64,000 nt of DNA from Botryllus schlosseri (taxonomy: Eukaryota): positions 2,792,001 to 2,856,000 of the forward strand of contig CM119371.1 of assembly GCA_051294905.1 (NCBI GenBank). The letters are read 5' to 3'. The first letter of the stretch is position 1. Every line of letters begins with the position of its first letter. Below, piece by piece: positions 53,804 to 64,000 of the stretch. The position numbers and the translations under genes were made by a program. Under the pieces are notes generated by a model. That model did no database searches and was not told where the DNA came from. It was given only the letters and a program-made list of their open reading frames with translations.

Positions 53804-56800
53804 TGAAGATGCTTCAAAGCTCTTTGGTCAAAATGATTAAATAAATATATTTATATTTGATAGCTACGAAATTAAATCTTCAGAATATTCCACCTGCAAC
53901 CTTACGTGAAGTTTTCATGAAATGGGTTGCTTTGATCGAAATACCATCATGTTGAAGTTAATAGAGCAGATGGTATGAGCCCGTACCCTATGGTTGTTAT
54001 GACAACCTAGATTTGATCCCGTATAGAGCACATACAATTATCATAGCGTTAATTGGTCGTGTCGTCGTCGGGCAAGACAGCTATTTCCAATAGTGAAGTC
54101 ACATACCCAAAAATACTTACCCGACTTCGAACTCTTACCCTTCGTTTTTACTGCCATCCTAATAATATGGGGACACCTGACACAGGCAATTTTCGAAAAG
54201 GGGGCTGCAGGAAAAAAGTTAAGAACCACTGTATAGCCTCTACCATGTGTCACTTCTGTTTAAAAGTCACTGTAGCTTTGACATATAATCTGTCCGAAAC
54301 GTGTTGTAGGCTACTTTTGAATAGCCCCATACCACCCTCGCATGAACGCTCGAAAAAGACAACTAATTTGCTATTACAACCCAGTGCAAAATACGTCTTA
54401 AACCCCGAGCTTCTTTTATATTTAAATTAAGATTTTAATATATTTGGTGGACCAGCACTGGTGAGAACCACTGTTGTACAGTACATGTACAATTGTATAC
54501 AGTATATGGTGAACTGCTCGTGCAGCTTGCGTGCTATATATTGGTACGGGATTTTTCCCAGAAACAACATGCCATTTTCAGGGTGCGTGTTATACCTGGG
54601 AGCGTAATATACATAGAAAATTACAATACCACCCAATAAACTACCATAAACTGCGGTAACTTTAGCTATTTTTTGACAATTTTGCTCTATTTCTTGGGGA
54701 GCCAAGTTTTGTGTTTTTTTGGGTTATGGAGCAAAGATTAGAATTAACTAATCCAAAATCTTCGTGGTCTTAAATAAGTACTGTAATATTGTAAATTATG
54801 GCGTGAGGGGTGACTTTGGACAATACAGTTTTTGTATATCTTTACACTCTATTTCTTATGAAGCCTCTTAAACAAGGGTTATTTGGTGAGAGCTGATGAG
54901 AGCAGGGGCTGAAATGAAAAGAAATGATATACGCCTGGCCTATTGCATGAATTTCACCTAATCCCCCACCCCAAAAAAAGGAAATTAAAATTAAAAATTA
55001 GGTTTTAATGAAGGCCAATGCAGCCTTATCCATTCCCTATCTCAATTCCACTCATGTCTTCCTCAATAGGGACTTGAAAATAACACATGGTGACAAAATT
55101 ATCCCACTGTTGGCGTCAGCAAACATTAGGCTTGCTACCGTGATTTATTGCTGATCTGAAATATTTTACTGGTCTTTAAAATATGAATTTGCTTTCCCTT
55201 TCCTATGTCCTCTGATGGGTATATTTTGTGGTGATTTGTGCCACATTTAGCGGGCGTATCTTTAAGAGCATTTGATAAGATTTAAAAGTATCTTCCACCC
55301 GCTTGCAATCTCTCGGCTGATTGCCTACCCGTTTTACAAATATTTTGGCAAACTCTTAATTTATTCAACTTGTCATTTCACTTAAAAAGCGATCAGGCAG
55401 TTCATAACGAATAAAGTTGTCGATACACTTTGAAACAGATGAAACAGCCACTTTTCAGAGCTCTAAATATCACATTTTCCACTGTCCATATTTACCCCGT
55501 TCTGATAAAATATGATAGGGTAACTTTGGACATCATATTTTCCTATACTGAGCTAAGGTTGAGCCCGCTGAGATGTTTGCCACGGATTAAGACTACTTGG
55601 AGTTATCTGCAGCCGAGTTTTGAATCTATGACTAACATGCTATCTATGATTGTTTGAAAGAAATTCAATAACCATTTATTTTGATGAAATTGACCACCGC
55701 CGTTAATTTATCAATGTTGGGTCAGGTTTATCTGGTGAAATGAATCCACATTTTATTGAGACTACTTGTGGTACTGTTGCCTTATGAAAAAGAATATTGG
55801 ACATCCAACGGCAACCCCATTCCATCAATAATCATTTGAATCTTTTACTGCTTAGTGTCCAAGTTACCCCCAAGTTCAAAGTTACTCCGGTTTACGGTTA
55901 TTAAATTTTATAAACGGAATAGCCTGTAACCTAGAACAGTTTTTAAAAGTCGGTGATTTTGAGAGACATGAGTGAAAACAGTGTTAGAGATCCAGTTCTA
56001 TACAAGCAAAACCATTGAGTATACGGATACAATATTTTTGAATACCACAGAAAAGTAGAGGGATAACGTTACTGATTACTGGGGCAAGTTTTTGTTGCAG
56101 TAAAATCGCGAGAAAGTTGCACAGAAGTTGAATTAGTAGGATATGAAATACTTGAAAGGTTCTGTTGTATAACCAAGTTCCTGCAGAGCTATCAAATTTG
56201 TTACTCTGCCATTTCGCGAACATTCTGGCGAGACAGCCAAAAATTATATTTTTTCCCGGTACACATCAAGAAAATTACGCAATGCCTGAATAATTTTCCC
56301 CAAAAAGTCAAACAGCATAACGATAAACCCCTGCCCCTAAAACAAATCAAATAGCAACCCCCTAGGTCTGCAAACTTGAACCAAGATGTTGCGGAAAAAT
56401 CATTCTTAGCGACTGTAACAAATTCAATGGCCTGAATAAGGTGAACCAATGAAAATGTAATTTTCGGCGGTCTCACATTGGCGTCCATGAAATGGAAAAC
56501 TATCTCAAATTTAAACGTCAGAATTACTTAAGCGATCTATTTACATATTGTTCCGACACGGTCGTGCTTGGCAGGGGCAGTTGAACTTCTTATACTTGCA
56601 AGCCATTGTGTCACAGATAACACAGTGACATTCAGCTAACGTATCATATAGCTCTTTGGCATGCAAAAAGAGAATAGAACCATACTAGAAATAATTTGAA
56701 GCATGTTTTCAAATCACTCCTTTACATTTTGACGCAATATTTGATAAAAATTGCAGTACAAAGAAAAATACTGAAAAGTTGCAAAAAGTTGCACTATAAA

Positions 56801-57478
56801 ATCCCTCCAAACAGCTTAAAACATCAGTGTACATAGATTCTGAGATCCAGGAAGCTGTAAAAAGACTTGCAAAAACTTGCCCTACTGGTTACCTTTGGTC
56901 TAGTCTTTAGAGGGGCCAAAAAATACATGTTAACTCTTTAATTAGGAAATGAATGGAAAAAGTTTGGGAACCCCTGAACTACAGAAGATATGAAGGTCAT
57001 AGCAAAAATACATTATTATTGGTGATCAATATGTTGCCAGCACTAATCCCAGTAAAAATATGGTGATTATGGGTCCCAAGTATTATTCATAACCAGATTT
57101 CGTTGATTGTTACTGCGTGATTCTATATCAATCATGAAGTTCAATTACTTTAATATTGATTGCTTGAGATGGTGATGGTCATAAAACAGCTTGGTCAGAT
57201 CACCTCGTCTAAAGATACAATAGATGGACCTCTTGAACCGGACAATAAAATGAACTCAAGGGTAGAACTGCTTAGAACACGACAATTCTCAAAAACAAGT
57301 CAACAACGTAAAATTCGAATATTGTTAGTGTAATGCTGTCTACAGAAATATTGCATACCGGTACGCTAGTTTCAAGAAAAACAAATTGTCTACTTTTGCC
57401 TGCGAAACATCACTGTCACAACTTTAAAAGTACCATAAATATTTAAAAACATCTCATTTGCTCAGCATTCAGTGTTAC

Positions 57479-58550
57479 CAGTGGTGGCTTTTGGGGTAGG
57501 CGAGGTAGGCGGTCGCCTAGGGCCCCCCCTGGTTGATTTGCGCGCTTTCGAGGCCCCCCCCCCCCCCCCCTCCTCAGTTTACGTGCTTTTTTCAACTATT
57601 TCTCCGGTTCACGCGCTTTTTTTCAAGTATTACCATTTTCCGAATAACCGCGGAATCCTTGTATCCATAAAGAATCTTGGTATTGTACCGTAAAGAGGGG
57701 TCATCAATCCACATTTTTTAGTTATCATTTTATGAATAACCACAAAAATCCATGCACCAATGTGGAATATGGTACCGTAAGCAGTTGTCGATCATTAAAT
57801 TTCTGCACTAGTTGCAAGAGCTCACTCTGATTTTATGATCTCTATCCATTTCGACATTAGCTAAAGGGCCCCCTCCTACATTTATGCGAATGTAATCATT
57901 TTACGAATAACCGTGAAAATATGTGTACCCATGTAGCATCTGGTACTCTAAACAGTAGTCGATCATTAAATTTCTGCATCCGCTAAATAGCTTACTTTGA
58001 TTTTATGAGCCCCCCCCCCTACATTTATGCGAATTTTCGTAATCATTTTGCGAATAACCGTGAAAATATATGTACCGATGTCGAATATGGTACCGTAAAC
58101 ACTCAGTCAATCATTAAATATCTGCACCTGCTAAAATAGCTTACTTTGAGTTCATGAGGGCCCCCCTGCCACATTTATGCGAATTTTAGTTATCATTTTG
58201 CGAATAACCGTGAAAATACATGCAGGCCTACCGATGTAGAATATGGTACTATAAACGGTGCTCGATAATTGAATTTCTGTGCTTGTTAAAAGAGCTTACT
58301 CCGATTTTATGTCAATGAGGTCATATTATAACATGGAATGAATTATTACAGAATATTTACTTCCTAGTGGCAGCAGTGTATATTTCAGTGCATCAAAATT
58401 TTCCAGTATATGTTTGTGTGAGATTCTACTTGCTAGCTCTTGATGCCAGCTTTCATATGATATGTTAATTTCTAATGAAGCGAGTCCACACTGAGCCTGA
58501 ATATCCAAAATATCAAAGGAAATAGTCATTTGAAAAGCCAATGAAAGCAT
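57479..58550 (-). mobile_element. Probable hAT element end with a ~130-bp subterminal minisatellite; likely host of the MULE insertion
   Basis: CAGTGG..GGCGGTCGCCTAGGGCCCC terminus; four to five copies of acatttatgcgaat..gaataaccgtgaaaata..ggtac..gatcattaaat (57710-58320); minus-strand HQELASRISHKHILENF resembles a hAT C-terminus. Confidence 0.5.
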
Positions 58551-58760
58551 GTAGGCTAGTATAGCCTATATATTGTTGTTTACTAGGTGCCATTCTCATG
58601 ACTCAACATATTTGTTGTGAATTAGGCCTTTTCTGAAGGAAGTGTCTACTCGTCCGGACCCGGACGAATAAAGTTCCTCAGGCTATTCGTCCGGTGTAAG
58701 CATGCCGCAACTGCAGAATGGGTGCCGGCGATTTCCGGAACTGTGGGCCGTAACTGCGGC

Positions 58761-61700
58761 ATGAATTCCGAGAGTAGGTTCGCCTCTTATGAAGACTTAA
58801 AAAGTGCTTTGGAGAAATACCAGAAAGAAAATTACGTCCAGCTCTACAAGAGAGATTCACGTACGCTCGATGCAGTAAGAAAGCGAACCACTCGGCGAAA
58901 TTTCAATGATGCGCTCAAGTATGGCCAGATATCTTTTCACTGCATCCACGGCGGCCGTAGATTTCAGAGCTTATCTAAGGGTCTACGACCTAACCAACGG
59001 TAAGTAAGCGTTACGTATGATACGGAATTTCCACCGGGTCCACAACCACATGAACATGAAGAAGCAATGTTCCCCATGAGCATTTTGTAGTCTTGGTATC
59101 GTGAAATTAGGGTTAAATTAGCCTCAGCCTAAACCCCAACCCATTCCTATGACACCCCACCACCTCATCTTACGACACCCTAATCCTAACCCACACGTGC
59201 TGACACCCCAATCCCTAACCCCACACATGCAACCGCAACCCCTATCCTAACCCCGCACACGCAACTGCAACCACACCCCCACCCTAATCCTAACCCCACA
59301 CATGCAACCTCATCTTACGACACCCTTCTAACCCCACACATGCAACCGCAACCCTGCCACCCCTATCCTAACCCCGCATACGCAACCCAACACATGCAAA
59401 CCCCACACATGCAACTGTAACCCCACCACCTCATTTTACGCATACGCAACCCCGCATACGCAACCCAACACATGCAAACCCCACACATGCAACTGTAACC
59501 CCACCACCTCATTTTACGCATACGCAACCCCACACGTGCAACCCTGCCACCCCTATCCTAACCCCGCATACGCAACCCCCACACATGCAACTGTAACCCC
59601 ATTTTACGCATACGCAACCCCACACATGCAACCTCATCTTACGACACCCTAATCCTAACCCACGCGTGCTGACCCCCCAATCCTAACCCCACACATGCAA
59701 CCACAATCCCGCCACCCCAATCCTAACCCACCCGACCCTAATATCCCCCACCCCAACGCGAAAATCAATTTATTTTAACGTTTATAAATTCTCACATGTT
59801 CATAGGAAGCATTGGTTTCATGGAGACCACTTCCTGATGTGTGGAGAATAACAAAGAAGTGCCCCCTTTTTAGCTCGCTACTGGACTACGAGTAGCGGCA
59901 CTGCCACACATGCTGTGCATTACGCTTGAAATACAGGGTAACGTATCACGATTTCATTGCAGCACTTTCCGTAAAGAGTGCCAAGCTCATATCAGGTTTA
60001 GTACATCAGAGGATGGGCAGTATCTCATAGTGAAGAGTATTAATGAACAGCATAACCACGGGTTGAGCAAGGTAATATGCGATTATCACTATTGAATCAA
60101 TAAATGACAACTAATGCATAATCACCGTTATATTTTTTCATTTTGATCTGATGATTCAATAAATGACAACTAATGCATAATCACCGTTATATTGTTGGAA
60201 TTTATTGCAGGTCGCCTTCGATCACTTGCCACATCAGCGTAAGTTAGACTCGCAGCAGAAAGAAGAGATCAAAGAACTGCTGAGGCTGAAGGCAAATAAA
60301 AAGCTACTACAGAATCATTTACAGAATTCGTTAGGTCGGGTCGTGCTTCTAAAAGACCTGCACAACATCGCGACTGCTAGAAGTACCAATGAATTATCAG
60401 AACTAGAGGCGACAGTAACGGAGCTGAAAGAAATTCCAGGTAAAACAATTATGTGACGGTACCCAATTTTGATACTTATACTGATACTGTGTTTAGGAGC
60501 TATTGTGGAAATAGTGGTATCAGAAGAAAATGTCTTGAATGGTATTTTTTTTCAAGACAAGGAAATGCGACTGACATATCAGCAATATCCTGAAATATTG
60601 TTCATTGATGCAACATACAAGTTGAACGACTTGAGAATGCCACTTTATCTGATGATTGTCGAAGATGGTAATGGAGAAAGTGTAGTAGTTGGTGTGTTTG
60701 TGTTGGCGTCGGAAGATGCAACATCCATAGCCCAGATGGCAAAAATCTTCAAAAGAAATAATAGTAGATGGAGTGAAACGGTCACAATCATGGCAGACAA
60801 AGATTTTACCGAGCGCCAAGTCTTCAAGGCAGAATTCTCAGATGCAAAAATTCTGATATGCCTATTTCATGTCTTGAGGACATTCCGCAGAGAATTGACA
60901 TGCGACAAAATGGGAGTAACTGCATCACAGCGGCTTGAAATTTTGAGTATTGTTGAAGAAATGGCCTACGCAAGGTCTCACCAACGTTACATACACTATT
61001 CACAAGCAACATCTCAGGTTAATTAAGCTACCAGACATCATGTTATTAGGACTGCTTTCACAAAATATCAGTATCAATAAACTCCTATATTTGTTGCAAT
61101 TTGATTACAATAAAGAAATTATCTTAAATCACAGACCAGGTCACTATACTCACTGGATTTAGATGTATGTTGCAATTTCATGATGTTTGCATGTTTGTTT
61201 ACCTTCAGATTGCGCTATAGCAGTGTCCGAAGTCTGTGATGCAGAAAATAGCACCCCAGCAGTGTCCGTAGACTGTAGCAAAATCACCATGACACCAGAC
61301 AAGTTCACGGGTTGGTGTCAAATAAATCCAAACTTTATCTTGCTACACTATAGTAAAACTGATCTTGCTGTTTCAGATCTTTCCAACATTCATCTGCCAT
61401 CAAAACTGAAAAAAAGAGGACGCCCAAAAGGCTTGGAACAAACTGTGGTTGGCCTTCCGAAGAAGAAGAAATGTGACACTCCAGTTCCATTTAAAAAAAT
61501 ACATCCTAAAGACAGAGACCGATGTAAGTTTATTTCATGCAGAACTTCAGCAAATTTCACTTCTGCCTTATTCACAGTGATGCTGTCATGGTTTGTATCA
61601 CCATCTGACACTAATGAAGCAGTGTATGGAAAGAAATTGGGCAGTAAGTCTGTCACGTCTGACACTCGTCTCATCCCCAACAGCTGCCTTGATGAGACTG

Positions 61701-61936
61701 TGAATATACTCCACATCAAGAATTACTTCGCATATGATGGATGGGCTGCTGTGATGAAGGCATTCCAAAGTAAATATAGTCAGAAAGACTGGTACTGTGG
61801 AGTATGCGACCTTCAACTTACAAAGAGCAATTCAATTCGTTGCGACTCCTGTCTCAACCGGGATCATCTTCTATGTGCTGGACTAAACACTTACCCTAAA
61901 CAAAACAAATGGTTCTGTGGCCGCTGCAAAAAATAA
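58761..61936 (+). pseudogene. Spliced MULE transposase (FAR1-like DNA-binding region, MULE DDE core, AT-hook, PHD finger), probably defective
   Basis: Exons 58761-58999, 59963-60071, 60211-60439 and 60497-~61000 join in frame: C..GG..C..HNH, FIDATYK, IMADKD, ICLFHV. Later exons give KKRGRPK and a C4HC3-like PHD (CGVC..CDSC..HLLC..WFCGRC). The region expected to hold the catalytic Glu and SWIM finger is not seen. Confidence 0.85.
59040..59850. repeat. C/A-rich minisatellite with CCTAACCC motifs, inside a probable nested non-autonomous element in MULE intron 1
   Basis: Degenerate units accccacacatgcaac / cctaatcctaaccc over 59130-59755, flanked by imperfect inverted repeats (catgaagaagcaatgttccccatgagcat vs atgttcataggaagcattggtttcatg). 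Confidence 0.75.
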
Positions 61937-62481
61937 CAGATGCCTCTGTTAGAAAAATATGTAGCGGCAACTTTGACATTGAAAGTAGGCTACTTAGTTT
62001 TCATGCTTGATGTTCCCAGTGAAAACACGCTATCAATGCTTGAATATCTTGAAAGCAGCAAATTGTATGCACAGCATTTACTGTCACCTGCAATAAGGAA
62101 TGTGCGGAAATGCCAGCATGCATACCAGATTAACACCCAATGATCATATAAACATTGAAGTTGTACACAAATATTTTTCGAACAGTTTGTCGTATGTGTT
62201 CGATGACTTTTTCATACCTGCTTAAGTTGTTCACTCCCTTAATTCAGGACCCTCACCGAAGGGAAATATCTACTTGGGCCCATTTAATAGTTACCTAACC
62301 AAGAGATCTATCGACTGACCGATCATTTTGAATGGATTACCATCTGTGAACTGCTGTATGGCAGATTATAAAAAAAATTACCTCATTACCTCTTGTCACC
62401 GTAATAACACTCTTGCCATACCTAATTACCTCTGATAGTCCTATTAACACTCTTGACCTACCTGATTACCTCTGATAGTCG

Positions 62482-62907
62482 TATTAACACTGTTGCCCTA
62501 CTTTGCCCAGACATTGCTTCATTCATTTATTCATTTGCTATCATTTAATTTTTCTTCATCTTTTCAGCTACAATTCGTTACAGACGGATGATGCAGAGAC
62601 AATGTAGGCATATACTCGTTTTATGGGGTTTTTATCAGACCACTTGACTTCCAAGGCTGTATCGATCTCTCCTATCCGACACCAAATACTGGTATTTTTC
62701 TCCTATTAACACTGTTGCCCTACTTCGCCTAGACATTGCTTCATTCATTCATTTGCTATCATTTAATTTTTCTTCATCTTTTCAACTACGATTTGTTACA
62801 GTCAGATGATGCAGAGACAATGTAGGCATACTTGTTTCATGCGGGTTTTATCAGACCACTTGACTTCCATGGCTGTATCGATCTCTTCTATCCGACATCA
62901 AATACTG
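62482..62907. repeat. Direct duplication of ~215 bp inside the MULE
   Basis: tattaacactgttgccctact...ccgaca(c/t)caaatactg occurs twice (from ~62482 and ~62704). Confidence 0.85.
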
Positions 62908-64000
62908 TGCATGCACATGTTTTCTGTATGATCATTGCTGCTGTCCATTTGTTCTGTATTTCTGTTGTATGAAAATAAAGACGCACAGTCTCTCTCAGTT
63001 GGTATTCCAATCATTACTGCACAGCAACATCAAGTATGAGTACTCGTAGTACAGCAGAGGTGACAATTCCGTCTTAGCTGTGCAAGTTCACGTACAATTG
63101 GTTAGGTCAATGGCGCTTGCATGAGTTCAGAAATAGGTGGAGACAGCAAGAATTTCAGCGAATCGTTCGTGTTCTGACTGCATCCGGTTATTTAACGATA
63201 GCACTTTGGAGCTCTTCGTATGGCGCAAACATTCCCTCGGAGCTCCAATTATGAGCTTACAAATCACTATCCTACTTGTTCTCACTACATTAAGCGTAGG
63301 TAAACATCTCTTGTAAAGGTAAAGGTGGGCGTCAAGTTCTGGTACTTTCAACACAGCTATTTGCAATTATTAGTATGGCGTAAACTTTCCCTCGGACCTA
63401 TAATTATGAGCATACAAATCAGTAACAGTAACCATTGAAATCAGTAACCAGAAGGGCGAATAAATAATGTACAAAACCGAAGCCTGTCAAAAACGCATAC
63501 AGTCTCCATAGTAACGGGCCTACGTCACACGGTGCCGGACGAATAGCCTGAGAAAATTATTCGTCCGGGTCCGGACGAGTAGCCACTGCCTTTTCTGAAT
63601 GGAAATCCATTTCTTGTCTGGCAGCTTCCTAAATACTCAAAAGTTATGTAGTATGGTGTTTTAAGCTGTTTGCAGGAATCTTAAATTGCAACTTTTCTTC
63701 AAGCAATTTTTACAGCTTTTCGATTTTTCATGCAACTCACTTTTTACTTGAAATATTTGGTAGGCCTACTACATGTAAATAGATCGCTTGATTATTTCAC
63801 TGTCGTTTGAATTTGAGGTCATTTCAGATTTGACGTACATTCAGGCTAGACCGCCGTAAATTATATTACCACTGGGTCAATTTTTTTAGGCCATTGATTG
63901 CGACAGTGCCTTGGATACGCATCGATTCGAGTATCTCATACCTTAATAATTTCAAGGAACTTATCCATAAATGTACCTTTTTAGTGTAACTTTGGTGAAA

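Larger units (their letters stand above)
58638..63590 (+). mobile_element. Mutator/MULE DNA transposon, both ends present, internally deleted
   Basis: TIRs GGAAGTGTCTACTCGTCCGGACCCGGACGAATAA... and ...TTATTCGTCCGGGTCCGGACGAGTAGCCACTGCC; perfect 9-bp TSD TTTTCTGAA (58629-58637, 63591-63599); MULE transposase inside. Confidence 0.95.

Noticed and set aside
57710..58320. CRISPR-like repeat array
   Set aside because: Whole ~130-bp units repeat with no unique spacers; eukaryotic minisatellite and no cas genes.

Overview
AT-rich, intron-containing, transposon-dense animal genomic DNA; gene and repeat style suggest a marine invertebrate, possibly an ascidian (inference only). The window is dominated by one minus-strand NLR-type (NACHT + LRR) gene reconstructed by hand from GT-AG junctions: putative exon 1 (53680-53803), a 1443-nt NACHT exon (48898-50340) and a helical/LRR exon (46762-47066). 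Downstream lie four splice-compatible, phase-0 'LRR exon + terminal exon' modules, each followed by a candidate poly(A) signal. Modules A, B and C (42777-42881+34911-35057, 29708-29812+27347-27457, 19263-19367+18276-18425) come from a tandem triplication spanning ~13.3-42.9 kb and differ mainly at predicted exposed LRR positions. Module D (11433-11600+7472-7681) is unrelated in sequence. This looks like a constant-NACHT / variable-C-terminus immune receptor locus, but no splicing has been demonstrated. The rest is mobile DNA: a Mutator/MULE element with both TIRs and a 9-bp TSD (58638-63590), a hAT>Harbinger>MITE>hAT nest (35960-41247), Charlie-type hAT relics, many MITEs with TSDs, a Penelope-like GIY-YIG relic, two tRNA-derived SINEs and several tandem repeats. 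No rRNA, intact tRNA or CRISPR was found.
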